64,000 bases of DNA from Eledone cirrhosa. Its lineage: Eukaryota. The notes under the pieces are model-generated. The model saw only the letters and a list, made by a program, of their open reading frames with translations, had not been told where the DNA came from and made no database searches. Position 1 is the stretch's first letter, and every line of letters begins with the position of its first letter. The position numbers were made by a program, and so were the translations under genes. Of this stretch, positions 49,186-61,919 are shown piece after piece. The stretch spans positions 252,898,001 through 252,962,000 of the forward strand of contig OZ024742.1 in the NCBI GenBank assembly GCA_964016885.1. The letters are read 5' to 3'.

Positions 49186-51680
49186 TACATACATACATGA
49201 TGGCTGCAAACTCGTGTTCAAGTATTGCCATCGCCCGATAAAATGTTAAAAAATGTGAAGCACAAATGTGACTCTTTAAACCAGCCAAATACTTGCACCC
49301 TCTGGCACACACATGGCAACTTTAGGCTCCCACCAAACCTTCCATTGCTTTGTTCTGGCTGTATGTTCACATGTATCTTTTAAGACCTCCCATGCTTGTA
49401 CATTTCTTGCACCTTTTCAGATGATAATCTACAGGAGGTCTACTGATATGACTTTGTTCATGTCTAATCAAACCAGCTTTGCTCAGGCTGACTAGACCAC
49501 AGTGCTGGCAAACCAGATGATGTTCAACAGCAGGCAGTTCAGAACAGTCTCAATCCTCACCTTCCTTTTCAGTGTTAGGTGTTCTCTCCGATGAGTTTCA
49601 AAGTGTTCACCACCTGACTTGATCAAACGTCTCCACTTCACACGCTCGTCAGCCATTTTCTCACATTCGTCAAATGAAATTCCAGCACAAGCCAAGGTGC
49701 CTCTGATACAGTCCCGGTACCGCCTTTTTGGTTTATGTGGTGGTCGCCTTCCTTCACACAGTTCTCCATAGAGAAGTTGCTTTGGAATACGATCATCAGA
49801 CATCCGGACCACGTGATTGCACCACCTCAACCGATACCGAAAGATTATGCTCTCTATAGTCACGCACCTGCTCCGTTCTAGAACTTCCAAATCACTGGCG
49901 AACATTTTCCACCACACCCCAAGTAACTTATGAAGAGATTGTTGGTGAAATCTCTCCAGATCCTTGAGGTGCTTTCTGTATGTGACCCACGTTTCACAAC
50001 CATAAAGTAAAGAGGAGACGACACAAGTCAGATACACTTTCACCCTGGTTTCGATAGTGATACCTCGTCTGGACCATAAACGTTGATGCAGCCGTCCAAA
50101 AGCATCACTGGCTTTCTTGATTCTTAAGGATATTTCATTATCATGTGTGCATGAAGTGTGCAACGTACTACCAAGGTAAACAAACTTGTCAGCAACTTTT
50201 AGCCTCTTTCTGTACACGTACACACTTGGTGCAGTGTACTCGTTTCCAGGTACTGGCTGATACATCACAACAGTCTTTTCCAAGCTTATTGTGATGCCCA
50301 AAGTGCTGCAAGCTGCAGAAAAAGAGTTCATAATATGCTGCATGTCACTTTGTGAGTGTGCAAAAAGATCGCACTCGTCTGCATACAAAAACTCTCGGAT
50401 TATAGATGTTAATACCTTTGTGCTTATACCAAAGCGCCTGGTGTTGAACAATCTTCCTGAAGTGCGATACCTGATGTAAACCCCATGAGAACAATATTTG
50501 AATGCCATGAGAAACACTATCGTAAAATATAAGGAAAACAGAGTTGGAGCCGGAATGTCCCCCTGCTTCATTCCATTTTCAACTGATATTGGTTCAGAGA
50601 TGCTACCACCAATACTGACCAAAGCCTTCATGTCATCATGGAAAAGATGCAGAATCTTCTACCCTACCTTGGATTTTTTTCCCACAACGCAGTTTGATTG
50701 ACAGTGTCAAAGGCCTTTGTCAAGTCAACAAAGACCTGGTAAAGGTCCATACATTGTTCGATACACTTTTCTTGCAGCTGCCGAGCAGAAACGATCATAT
50801 CCACTGTTCCTCTTTCCTTTCTGAACCCACACTGCGACTCAGGCAACACATTCAGAGCAACTCTTGGGATCAATCTATCCATCAATATTCGACACGACTT
50901 TACCAACTACTGAAAGAAGGGATATGACATGATAATTGCCACATTTGTCCTTGCCGTCCTTTCCTTTATGGAGAATCACCATGAGCGCATCCTTCTTGTG
51001 GGACATTCTCATCTTCCCACACCATTTTCATGAGGTCAGTCAGGCGCTGCGTGAAGTTTTCACCACCACACTTCAAAACCGCTCCACTCAGACCATCCAT
51101 ACCAGGAGACTTACCACAGTTCAACTTATGTACAACAGAAGTCCCCTCTGCAAGAGAAGATACATTAGCCATCTCATATACTTCACTGGTTCAATAGGAA
51201 TGGAACAAATGAAATCATCATCAACCTGGGATGGCTGGTTTAAGAGCTCATCAAAGTGATCTCTCTATCTGTCGAGTGTCTTTTGGGTCGCGCAGTAATT
51301 GCTTGCCATCTTTCGATCTCAAAGAGGCCACTGGAGAGCTGAAAGGGCCATACACCTCTGTGAGTAGAAAGTGCGGCAGTTTCACATTGTTGCCGTCAGA
51401 TGCCACTTGAACTTCATCTGCTTTATTGCTCCACCAGGTATTTTGCATAGCCCTGAGTTTCACCTGCACTTCCTTCTTTACCTGTCTGTAATGCTCATAA
51501 TTGTCACCAACAGAGCTACCACCTTTAATAACTGCATCAAGTGCCTTTTGTTTTCTGTCTAGCAGAGCCTTGACCTCCTGGTCATTCTCATCAAACCAGT
51601 CCTTGTTTTCTTGTGATAAAGCCAAGGACCTCTGCTGAAGCCTCATAGACCGAGCTCCTGAAATCCTTCCAGTTGTTCTC
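49186..51680 (-). mobile_element. RTE-BovB LINE, 5'-truncated and frameshifted
   Basis: GKSPGMDG, LPESQCGFRKERGTVDM, FVDLTKAFDTV, GMKQGDIPAPTLF, FLYADE, RLRWCNHVVRM..RIPKQLLYGEL, C-terminal C2H2-like motifs and an (ATGT)n tail. Confidence 0.92.
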
Positions 51681-51944
51681 ATACACGCATACATACTTAC
51701 ATATATACATGTATACATACATACACACATCCATCCATCCATCCAACCATACATGTATACATACATACATACAATGGTTAAAGTGTTTGACTGACGACCA
51801 TAAGTTCATGGATTCATATTTGGGACCGGGTAGTTATTGAATCAACTTGATATCAATGTTTATTATACAGCACACTTCCTCTTTGGTATAATATGACACA
51901 TAGTACCCATCTAATCTGTTATAATATGATTTACCTTTCCTCTG

Positions 51945-52050
51945 TGAAGGCACATGCCTTAGGGGTTACGGTACTGGACTAACCATTATAAAGTCATGGG
52001 CTCGTTTCTTCGATCCTGCAGCATGTTGCGTCCTTCAGTAAAATACTTTA
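51945..52050 (+). mobile_element. Degenerate SINE head
   Basis: gaaggcacatgccttaggggttacgg...atgggctcgtttc...tgttgcgtccttcagtaaaatacttta resembles the 45487 SINE head. Confidence 0.55.
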
Positions 52051-52349
52051 GTTCGTGTAGCATCTGCTACCAGGACTTGCGGCACACAGGTAATATCAGT
52101 AAGGGAAAAAAACCTTGTTTCATTAGTATGACTTGGAAATCAGTTCCACTCTATTTATCTTCTTTATTAAAGGCAATCAAATTATTTTTTATTTTATTCT
52201 TTTTCTTATTTTTCCATGTTTGTTAAATAAATTCCAAAAAATCGAACTAAATTGAAATTTTGTAATAAAATTTCCATAAAAGTTAATGTTTACAATACAA
52301 TAAAATGTAATAAAATGTATTGAAGTCGACGAAATGTGGACCTTCATTT

Positions 52350-52617
52350 TTGAAAGATGGATAATGCTATAAGCAGACCTTACAATATTGTACCACAATT
52401 TTCCTTTGTGCAAAAGTGGGCAGCCGAATTTAGGAAACATAGGGGATTCTTGAAGATGACCCAATGTCTGGACGTCCTACAACTGCCACAACCGAGGAAA
52501 ACATTGATCTCAGTACTGCAACACCGATGGAAGAAGTGTGTGGAACGCAAGGGAGACTGTTGAAAAATAAACCTCATTTGGTCACATTCCATGAGAGTAT
52601 CTTCGTCAACCCTCGTA
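52350..52617 (+). mobile_element. Internally deleted mariner transposon remnant
   Basis: VQKWAAEFR..(frameshift)..EDDPMSGRPTTATTEENID fused to the C-terminus LQHRWKKCVERKGDC; ends in the mariner-type TIR ...CCCTCG|TA. Confidence 0.75.
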
Positions 52618-52749
52618 TCTATGTGCAATATACGTAAAGATACAGAATTGCGGGCACATTGTTGTCATATTTGTTGGTGAAAAAAATTTGATTATAAAAC
52701 TTAAATTTATGAATGACTTGTTTTCTACATTGATAACCATGACTTGTTT

Positions 52750-53053
52750 TCTAATTTGGCCATTTTAAGGGCCACCTATATTTTCATTTAAGTAACTCCA
52801 CTTACATCGATATGCTTTATAACCATGACTTGTTTTCTATGTTTTCTAATTTGGCCTTTTTAAGTCTTCCCTCTCTCTCTCTCTCTTCCTTATCTCTCTC
52901 TCTTCCTTATCTCTCCTCTTCCCTCTCTCTCTAAAAAAAATGCGTGAAAACTCCACTTACGCGTGGTAGTAATACGGAAATAAACGATGTTGGCGAGTGA
53001 CGCCACCTTCGCCTGTTTTCCACTGGACTGACAGCTAATAGCGTTGTAGTGCC
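52750..53053. mobile_element. Fragments of the GGCACTACAAC-terminal DNA element
   Basis: 52755-52805 is the reverse complement of 53620-53675; 52945-53053 ends gactgacagctaatagcgttgtagtgcc. Confidence 0.8.
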
Positions 53054-53261
53054 GAAAAATGAAATGAAGGCTGTCTCCCTACTACCAAAGACCGCCCAGT
53101 TTTGTATCATAGAACCAAGGGTGGGTTCGTATCAAGACTTAAATATATATTTGTCAAACTCACCGTATAATTGTTCCAATGAATGCAGTCGGCAACTATT
53201 AACATTAAATTTTAACACGACAGAGTTATTTCCCCTTTACAAGATTTAATTTCACAGTTTC

Positions 53262-53380
53262 CGATAGGTGGAGAAGGGTCAATGGTTTCTAATTTAAGCA
53301 CAAGGCCAGCAATTATTTTTATGCTGGAAAAGTTTAGTATAATGTCACATTACATGACTGGTACTTTATTTTATCGACCT
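53262..53380 (-). mobile_element. SINE fragment (Nin-like domain)
   Basis: tttctaatttaagcacaaggccagcaatt...ctggtactttattttatcgacc, the reverse complement of 62305-62405. Confidence 0.6.
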
Positions 53381-53540
53381 ACATGTGTATAAGGATGTAT
53401 AAACATAAATATGAATGTATGTATAAAATCCTGTAGGTCACTAATACTCTTGTTGTTATCGTACATTTTGTATAAGTTTTCTACAGCTGGATGCCCTTCC
53501 TTTCACCAGCCACTAGGTTGATATTACTAAGAAGATATGA

Positions 53541-53680
53541 CGGCACTACAACGCTATTAGCTGTCAGTCGAAGCAGCCGATGAAAGCAAAACATCGTTTA
53601 TTTCCGTATTACTACCACGCGTAAGTGGAGTTACTTAAATGAAAATATAGGTGGCCCTTCAAAGGGCCAAATTAGAATAT
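53541..53680 (+). mobile_element. Left end of the GGCACTACAAC-terminal DNA element
   Basis: Near-identical to 9432-9526. Confidence 0.85.
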
Positions 53681-53735
53681 ACCGCTGCGTTTTTACAGTT
53701 TTACTAGTTACACATACATATATATATATATATAC

Positions 53736-53815
53736 ACACGGTGTCCCCTCCAAAATATATACACACTTTGATTACTTTGCTGTTGAAGTGTGTATACATT
53801 TTTGGGGACCCTGTG
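53736..53815. mobile_element. ~80-bp Tc1/mariner-type MITE
   Basis: Imperfect TIRs cacggtgtccccctccaaaatatatacacactt / aagtgtgtatacatttttggggaccctgtg within a TA-rich tract. Confidence 0.65.
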
Positions 53816-53817
53816 TT

Positions 53818-53858
<41 letters not shown>

Positions 53859-54205
53859 GGAAGGGAGAAATTTTTGGATGTTATACCTGACATAATAAAA
53901 AACCAAAATACACCCCTAACATTTGTCGGAATATCAATCAAGAGAGTAGATAAATAAATATATAAATACATAAATAAGAAATGATAGAAAAGAAAAAGAA
54001 AATCCCTATATTATGTAATATTCCCAGTCACCCCTAAATTTTCCCTAAATTTCAAAACCGGGAGGGAAAAGTCCGAGGGTTAAAATCCCAAATGATGGTA
54101 CCTCAAATACTAGTGTATCCCTTCGCATTACAGTTTAAAGCAATACATATGATCGCTTTGATGACTCTTATTCGTTTCTAAGGGTCTCGTTTTTCTCTTC
54201 TTTCT

Positions 54206-54261
<56 letters not shown>

Positions 54262-54270
54262 AGAAAATAA

Positions 54271-54811
54271 TAAATTCAAGTATCACAGAATACGATTATA
54301 ATATAATTTGTACTGTATCAGAAAGGTACAATATGTGTAAACAGAAATGAATGGTGCGTGTACAGATGCTGGACTCACTATGAATGCGTGTGTGCGGCGT
54401 ATCAGTATATTTACTTATTTGTATTGCAGGAGTCAGCAATCAGCCAGGAAGGTGAGAATAAGTGGCAGACTGGTTTTTCGTGACGAGAGCTTGTAAATGC
54501 GACTTGTCTTGTCTGTATATCACTTCTTTCAGTCGGGGCGTAAACAACCCCTGTATTTATAAGAGTTGAAGTTAGAAGGATAGATATATCCTCTGAACTT
54601 TGGTTAGTCTCCCAAAGGATTAGTTTGCCAAGCGTAAACAAGTCAGAAAGATGGATATATCCTCTGACCTATTTTCTGTCAGGCGTAAACACCTCTGACC
54701 TGTGTTTAGCCTCTCCCAAGGGGTTAGTCTCTTGAGCGTAAACAAGTTACCATGGCTTGTCCCAGAGGCGGGAAAGCTCAGATTCGGTTTCGAATCTTCG
54801 CCACCGTTATA
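54271..54811 (-). repeat. 3' LTR, missing about 205 bp of its distal end
   Basis: Matches 59440-59978 with about 14 differences counted by eye. Confidence 0.92.
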
Positions 54812-55397
54812 GTACCCCCTTCCAGTGAGAAAGCTAAGATTGAACGATCTAGGTGCATGTGAAATGAAGATAGGTATGACTAGGTGTGTTGTTGAAGAAA
54901 ATCAGTAAAAATAAAAAACACATGAAAGTCATTTACAAACAGGAGAAATGAAAGAAAACATGCAAAGCAAAAGAAATTTACATGCAGGAAAATGTACTGT
55001 GATGTTACATAAAATTGAAAATGTTCGTACGAAAAGTTTGTTGATTAAAAGTTCGTTCATTTCATAGAAACGGAAAAATGTTCTTTTGTCTGTTCTTTTG
55101 ATGTGGGTGATGCACAGAGTTAATTGATTTGTGTGTAGCAATAGTTCATGACCACAGAAATTGGCCGATTCGTTGAAATGTACAAATTAGCCGAAATGTC
55201 GAGCAGATGCATAATTTGTACTTACCCGATAAACTTGTACGTATCGCGTGGGCCATCGGACTGTTGTTCCAGATTTGGTGTGTCGGGGTTGTGCAGAATT
55301 TGCCGTGCTTGTGTCGGGCAAAGTTGTTGATGAATCTGTTGGAGAAACGGTGGGTACTGGTGGCAATTCCTGTTCTATGAACGCTTTTTTTAAACAA

Positions 55398-58340
55398 TCA
55401 ATGGAGACGGTATTTCGTTTCCCGTTCAAGTCGAGGACGAACCTTATAGGGCCCGGAATACGGCGGACGAAGTTGCGATGGAATAGCGTCATTTCTAACG
55501 AAAACATGCGTCCATGTATCGATGTCTTTTGGTATGTGTGAAGTAACGTGCTGTTGTTTAGGGGCTGAAGGAGACAGATGCGACATCGATGACCGTAAAC
55601 GGTGCACATATTTTGTAGGGTCTGGAAGTTCTTGTGGCGAAACAGGAGCGATCATTTGTCCGGGTAGAGTGAGTACGGTGCCATACAACATTTCAGCCGG
55701 AGAATGTCCGACTCCCTCCTTAACAGTGGAACGAATACCAAGAAGAATGAGTGGGAGGTATTCGAACCAGTTAGTGGAGTCTTCGTAAGCCTTGATAGAT
55801 GCTTTTAGCTGGCGGTGGAAGCGTTCTACCATGCCGTTAGCGGCAGGGTGATACGCTGTTGTACGGATGTGTTTGCACCCGAGGAAACGAGTCAGTTCGG
55901 TAAATAGGTGCGAATCGAACTGACGTCCTCTATCCGTAGTGATGGTCGCGGCTGTGCCGAAACGCGAAACCCAGTGAAACACTAGCGTTTTGGCGACAGT
56001 TTCCGCAGTAATATCCGTCAGGGGAAAAGCTTCTGGCCAGCGAGAAAATCGGTCGACACAGGTGAGAAGATGAGTGTAGTTGTGAGAAGGAGGCAAAGGG
56101 CCAACGATGTCTATATGCACATGTTGGAACCGTGCATCAGGTGTTGCGAAAGAACCGATCGGGGCTTTGATGTGCCGGTGAATTTTCGCCTTCTGGCACG
56201 CGATACAGTTCCTAGCCCATTCGCGCGTGTCCTTGTTGATGTTGGGCCACACAAAGCGGGCAACCATCAGTTTCTGCGTGGCACGGACGCCAGGATGTGC
56301 CAGAGAATGCAGTGCCGAGAAAACGTTGCGTCGATGTTTCCGGGGCACGTATGGGCGCTCGTGGCCTGTGGAGATGTCGCACCAAATATAACCCGAAGAA
56401 GAGGGCAGCGGGCATTCCTTCAATTTCAAGGATGATTTCCGGAATTGCAGCAGTTCCTCGTCATTCTGTTGATCCGCTGCAATCCTCTGGAGGTCGATAG
56501 TCGCAGTGGTGTGGATTGCGTTAAGCTCCATGCGCGATAGGGCATCAGCTGCTGAGTTGGTGGCACCCTTAATGTACCGAATATCAGTAGTGTACTGAGA
56601 AATGAAGTCCAGATGTCGGACCTCCCTGGGTGAGTGTCGGTCAGGCTTGGCGTTGAACGCGTACACTAGTGTTTTGTGGTCGGTGTATATAGAGAACACA
56701 CGACCTTCTAGCATGTGTCGAAAATGCTTGACAGCAAGGTATGCTGCCAATAATTCACGACTGAATGTGCTGTACTTAGTTTCGGCGGGTTTTAATCTCT
56801 TAGAGAAAAAAGATACAGGTCGCCAAATATCGCCAGAGAGTTGTTGAAGCACACCTCCAACTCCGAAATCGGATGCATCAGTCAATAAACACATTGGGGC
56901 GTCAGGTTTGGTGTAACTCAGCATTGTAGCCTCGGACAACATTTTCTTCAACTCAGCGAAAGCGGTACATTCTTTTTCGCTGAGCTTGATGTTTGCGTTT
57001 ATGGTTGTACGCTGCCGCACCAAATCTGTGAGTGGTTGGGCTGTCTCTGCACAGTGGGGTATAAATCTTCTGTAGAAGTTTACCAGACCAAGAAATTCTC
57101 GCAGTTTGCGGAGAGATGTAGGTTGTGGAAAATCAATGATGGATTTGACTTTCTCCTTAAGTGGGCGAATAGCATCTTTGTCAATGATGTGTCCCAGAAA
57201 ATGAAGAGACGCAACTCCGAACTCACATTTGCTGGGGTTGATAACAATTCCGTATTCACGCAAATGTGTGAATAGGAGATCCAGGTGTTTCTCATGCTCT
57301 TCATCGGAGCTGCTGGCCACCAGTAAGTCGTCAATGTATGCGTATACAAAAGGTAGACCTCTGGTGACTGTATCGATGAATGGCTGGAATGTCTGCGCTG
57401 CATTTCGCAAACCGAAAGGCATACGCAGAAATTCGAACATTCCAAAGGGTGTTGTGACTGCGGTCTTTGGAATATCTGCGGGCTCAACGGGTATCTGATT
57501 GTAAGCTCGCACAAGATAGATCTTCGAAAATATGCGAGCCCCGTGCAGCGAGCTAGAGAAGTCCTGTAGATGAGGCACTGGATAAGAATCAGGAACGGTG
57601 CAGTTGTTCAGTGCACGGTAGTCGCCACAGATTCGCCAGTCGTTCGACGACTTCTTGGGTACACAGTGTATGGGTGAGGACCAGTTGCTGCTGGACGGAC
57701 GTATGATGCCGAGAACCAGCATGTGCTGAAATTCTTGTTTGACGGACTTCAGCCGGTCTGGTAGCCTTCTAGGTCGTGCAGCGACAGGTGGGCCGTGTGT
57801 TTTTATGTGGTGTGTGACGTCATGTTTTACAGAGCAAGCGTTGAATAGTGGTCGAGCTACGTCTGGGTATTTGTTGATGATGTGGTTGTGCCGGGTTGTT
57901 GTCGATCGTGAAATGACTGGATTGACTGTGGCTGTCCTAGCGGCTATGTCGCGCACAGCGAGACCAGTGGAGTTGTCAACGAGTCGTTGGTTTTTCAGAT
58001 CCACTTGCAGCGAGAAGTGCTGAAGAAAATCAGCTCCTAAAATAGGGGTCGGCAGCTTAGCCACAACGAATACCCACTGGAAAGTGCGGCGTAGTCCCAA
58101 ATTTAGTGTCAGGGACTGTTCTCCGTAGGTCGGAATATGTGAGTGATTCACCGCCTGGAGCCAGGCTGGTGTCTCTCTCCTTTTTCCAGGAACGCAGGAA
58201 ACCGGGATGATGCTGACTTCAGCACCGGTGTCGACCAGGAAACGTGTGCCTGTGACGCGATCCTGAATGAAAAATAGGCGACTTTGGTTATGAGGGCCAG
58301 AAACGTCCGTCGCATTCAGTTTCTGGCTGTGTCGTTTCCC
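55398..58340 (-). CDS. Gypsy Pol (protease, RT, RNase H, integrase); probably non-functional
   Basis: [62 protein letters not shown] motif A reads KIYLVRAY where KIDLVRAY is expected. A frameshift near 55440 moves the C-terminus (TVSIDCLK) into the frame ending at 55187. Confidence 0.9.
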   Translation of the reverse strand, partial: GKRHSQKLNATDVSGPHNQSRLFFIQDRVTGTRFLVDTGAEVSIIPVSCVPGKRRETPAWLQAVNHSHIPTYGEQSLTLNLGLRRTFQWVFVVAKLPTPILGADFLQHFSLQVDLKNQRLVDNSTGLAVRDIAARTATVNPVISRSTTTRHNHIINKYPDVARPLFNACSVKHDVTHHIKTHGPPVAARPRRLPDRLKSVKQEFQHMLVLGIIRPSSSNWSSPIHCVPKKSSNDWRICGDYRALNNCTVPDSYPVPHLQDFSSSLHGARIFSKIYLVRAYNQIPVEPADIPKTAVTTPFGMFEFLRMPFGLRNAAQTFQPFIDTVTRGLPFVYAYIDDLLVASSSDEEHEKHLDLLFTHLREYGIVINPSKCEFGVASLHFLGHIIDKDAIRPLKEKVKSIIDFPQPTSLRKLREFLGLVNFYRRFIPHCAETAQPLTDLVRQRTTINANIKLSEKECTAFAELKKMLSEATMLSYTKPDAPMCLLTDASDFGVGGVLQQLSGDIWRPVSFFSKRLKPAETKYSTFSRELLAAYLAVKHFRHMLEGRVFSIYTDHKTLVYAFNAKPDRHSPREVRHLDFISQYTTDIRYIKGATNSAADALSRMELNAIHTTATIDLQRIAADQQNDEELLQFRKSSLKLKECPLPSSSGYIWCDISTGHERPYVPRKHRRNVFSALHSLAHPGVRATQKLMVARFVWPNINKDTREWARNCIACQKAKIHRHIKAPIGSFATPDARFQHVHIDIVGPLPPSHNYTHLLTCVDRFSRWPEAFPLTDITAETVAKTLVFHWVSRFGTAATITTDRGRQFDSHLFTELTRFLGCKHIRTTAYHPAANGMVERFHRQLKASIKAYEDSTNWFEYLPLILLGIRSTVKEGVGHSPAEMLYGTVLTLPGQMIAPVSPQELPDPTKYVHRLRSSMSHLSPSAPKQQHVTSHIPKDIDTWTHVFVRNDAIPSQLRPPYSGPYKVRPRLERETKYRLH
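58278..58340 (-). promoter_or_regulatory. -1 programmed ribosomal frameshift signal (G GGA AAC + pseudoknot)
   Basis: Slippery heptamer at 58340-58334, 6-nt spacer, stem GCCAGAAAC/GTTTCTGGC, and loop GCGAC complementary to downstream GTCGC. Confidence 0.75.
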
Positions 58341-59181
58341 TGATTCGTTTTCGAAACAAATGAACAGGGATGGCTGCACTTTTGCGCTCGTCTCCCGAAT
58401 CTTTGGTGGTACCAACACATTTCTGGTGAATCCCGAGATGCGCTCGGACTTCTTGAGCGACCACCAAATCGGCGAGTTCGACTGTTGGACCGACGCGTGG
58501 AAATGTTGCCCAGTGACAAGGCCTGAATTTGTTGCGTCAAGGCTTGTATCTGTGTTGCCTGCTGTGCCAGTAACTGGTGTAGATCGGGCATCTCTGTGGA
58601 ACTGGAGGGCTGAAGGAAAGGATTGGTAGAAGGCACGGCTGGCGTCACATTCGCTATTTTTTTAGTGTGGATGTGGTACCTCCATGATCTTATCTGCCAG
58701 CTCGGCGAGTTCTTCTATGGTGGTGGATTCCCTGGTGGATGCTAGTACAACATGTGTGGCAGAAGGTAAACGCTGGAGGAAGAGTTGCTTGAAAATTTCA
58801 CCCGGGAGTTTATGTTCACCCAGGAGCTGCTTCATTCGCCGTAGGAGTTGTGTCGGCTTTTTATCTCCTAATTCCTCCGATATGAGGAGCTGGTGCAAGC
58901 GCTTCTGCTGCGACTCCGACGTCCGCTTAACTAATGTTCTTTTAAATGTGTCATATGACACAGAGCCGGGTGGTGCTAAAATGAGGTCTCGCACCTCATT
59001 CATAATCTCCGGAGACATCGAACCGATGACATGTGTGAGGCGGGATGCCTCGCTAACGATCCGGTTCGATGCGAACTACGCTCCGATGTGCGCGAACCAC
59101 CCAGAATGGTCGAATCCTTAATGTAAATGCCGCTCTGACTGCCATTTCTGCCGCTGATGAATCGTCGTGTGCAAGAGACAT
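58316..59181 (-). pseudogene. Gypsy gag, broken by frameshifts and a stop
   Basis: RPFW/WFAHIGA*F, LLISEELGDKKPTQLLRRM, LFLQRLP, LAELADKI and knuckle [18 protein letters not shown], spread over several frames. Confidence 0.88.
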
Positions 59182-59234
59182 CGTTTGTAGTGGATGATCA
59201 GAAGGTTGTGTGTCTGTTTTACAGGGTCACCAGT

Positions 59235-59976
59235 TGTAACGGAATATTATGTGTGGTTGTAACGATAAGTGGATGGATAGATGTAACTGTTAGTATGGTG
59301 GTTTCGATGTAAAGAAAAATACCAGGATTATGTTGTTACAAAGTTTATTTTATTATAACAATATTCAATTTGAATATTGAATGATAAAATCAATAACACA
59401 AAATATTCATACAATAATTTGGTGGTTCTTCGAGCCACGTAAATTCAAGTATCACAGAATACGATTATAATATAATTTGTACTGTATCAGAAAGGTACAA
59501 TATGTGTAAACAGAAATGAATGGTGCGTGTAAAAATACTGAACTCACTATGAATGCGTGTGTGCGTATAAGTATATTTACTTATTTGTATTGCAGGAGTC
59601 AGCGATCAGCCAGGAAGGTGAGAATAAGTGGCAGACTGGTTTTTCGTGACGAGAGCTTGTAAATGCGACTTGTCTTGTCTGTATATCACTTCTTTTCTGT
59701 CGGGGCGTAAACAACCCCTGTATTTATAAGAGTTGAAGTTAGAAGGATAGATATATCCTCTGAACTTTGGTTAGTCTCCCAAGGGATTAGTTTGCCAAGC
59801 GTAAACAAGCCAGAAAGATGGATATATCCTCTGACCTATTTTCTGTCAGGCTTAAACACCTCTGACCTGTGTTTAGTCTCTCCCAAGGGGTTAGTCTCTT
59901 GAGCGTAAACAAGTTACCATGGCTTGTCCCAGAGGCGGGAAAGCTCAGATTCGGTTTCGAATCTTCGCCGCCGTTA

Positions 59977-59978
<2 letters not shown>
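59235..59978 (-). repeat. 5' LTR (~744 bp), termini TATAACGG...CCGTTACA
   Basis: Inverted termini; followed 2 nt later on the minus strand by PBS TGGTGACCCTG (59232-59222). Confidence 0.92.
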
Positions 59979-60014
<36 letters not shown>

Positions 60015-60016
<2 letters not shown>

Positions 60017-61895
60017 GAGAATCTAAATTATGTTAATTTTAAATCTAACCACCTCACTAACATTAAAAATGCTATAGTTAGTAATATTGGAAAAAGAATA
60101 TCAAACCTATCATCTAATAAAAAATATCTTTGATGCTAACGCCAATTACTATAATAGTGCGCTTTCTAAAGCCGGTTATCTTGATAAAATCAAATACAGT
60201 AAAGAAACCAATCCTAGAAGATCTTACAGTAAAATAATTAATTATGATCATTCCAATAACATAAATAAAAGACCTAGATACAAAAATATAATCTGGTATA
60301 ATGCTCTTTTCTCTATTTCTATTAATAATAATATTTCTAAATTATTCTTTAGTGCCTTAAATAAATGCTTCCCTCCCTCACATATCTATAGTAAAATATT
60401 TAACAAACATACAATAAAATTTTCCTATTCCACCTCCTCCAACATCTCCAACATTATCTCTAAACACAACAATAAAATATTAAATACTAAATCACTTCCT
60501 TCCAACACTGAATGTCATAATAATAGCAGTAGTACTCCCGACGTCATTGTTAACTCTAGGCTAGTTTCTGAAAACTCAAATACGACGTCAAACGTAACTT
60601 CGTCAAATGTTCTTAATACCAATCTAAATCAGGAAACTATTATTCCTATCGTAAATAACTTCTCCAATCCAATTCCTCCTATAGATAACACTAGATCACT
60701 TGTTAATAACTCTGTTAATTTCTCTATTATTTATTATACATTATATAATACTAGTTACTCATTCTATATCCTTCCTATTTATCAATTTCCTTTCTTCCTC
60801 TTTTCTTTTAATTTCTAACCTCTAATCTGTACTTTTTCTTCCTAACTACTTCTCAATTCTTATTATTACTCACCACAACATATCCACTCTTCCATCTTTC
60901 TTCATATCAATAAAAATTATTATTACCTTTTAAATACTTTATAGCATTACCTTTAAAAATCCTTCGTAAACATAAACATTTTTTTGACGTTAGATTATTC
61001 CTCCTCAGTTCATTATATTTTTCTCCCTTTCATGCTCGTCTGACTTTTACATATCACATATCACAATACATAAAAACAAACTTAAACCCTAACTAATCTC
61101 CTTTATTACATTATATTATTACCATTAGAAAATACTTCATAAACATATATATTTTGATGTTAGAGTCTTCTCTTCCTTAAACACTATTTTCTTCTTTGCT
61201 TTCTGCGCTCATTTGTAAACAAACTATTTACATATATTACGCATACATATTACATTACATAAAAACAAACTTAAACACTAACTAATTCCTCTAAATTCAT
61301 AATTCATCCACTCTTCTACTTCTTTTCACCTTATATCCTTAATAACATTAATATTTTTATTTTAATAATACATATTAACAATTTCTTTTCATCGCACATA
61401 TTATTAAACCCTTCAATAGACAAACCTTAATTTAATATTATTCTTAATTTTTTTTCTCTTCATCAACTTTTTATTTTCAAATTCTTTTAAATTATATGTT
61501 ATCTTCCAACGGCTTTTTAACCTCTCTCTGTGAAACAATATATATTTTTTCTCAGTTATAAAGACTATCTCTCTCTTTCTATCGCCCACCTCTCCTCCTA
61601 TCTCATCCTTCCTTATTATACTCCTCCTCCACCATTCTTTACTCTCATCTCCTCCTCTTTTTCACCCTTTCCAACCCCCCAACCCCTCACTTTTTTCCCA
61701 ATATCACACATCAATCATAAATTACTTTTCATATGTTGATTTAAAACTTCACTATTCACAAGTGTTTTTTAACCTTCATATCATGTATCCCTATTTTATC
61801 TGACGAAAACGCAAATGTCATCTCATGATGATATTTGTTTTTGAAATGCGCATAATAAAATGCATGGAACTCTTTTAACCATCTTTTGATCTTAT
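60015..61895 (+). mobile_element. Penelope-like element remnant (RT thumb/linker + AT-rich 3' region with hammerhead)
   Basis: LNYVNFKSNH...IGKRISNLSS(fs)IFD...YNSALSKAGY...KNIIWYN...FPPSHIYSKIFNKHTIKFSYS..NISNIISKHNNKIL resembles the PLE linker as I recall it. No GIY-YIG seen. Confidence 0.8.
61793..61861 (+). ncRNA. Type I hammerhead ribozyme
   Basis: ATTTTAT-CTGACGA-[aaacgcaaatgtcatc tcat gatgatatttgttttt]-GAA-ATGCGCAT-A-ATAAAAT: complete core, 7-bp stem I, 16-bp stem II (one mismatch) and palindromic stem III. Confidence 0.85.
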
Positions 61896-61919
61896 ATTAT
61901 ATATATATATGTATGTATG

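Larger units (their letters stand above)
54271..59978 (-). mobile_element. Ty3/Gypsy LTR retrotransposon (Mag-like gag), nearly complete but disabled
   Basis: Two LTRs, PBS TGGTGACCC next to the 5' LTR, PPT GGAAGGGGG, gag and pol in PR-RT-RH-IN order. Confidence 0.96.
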
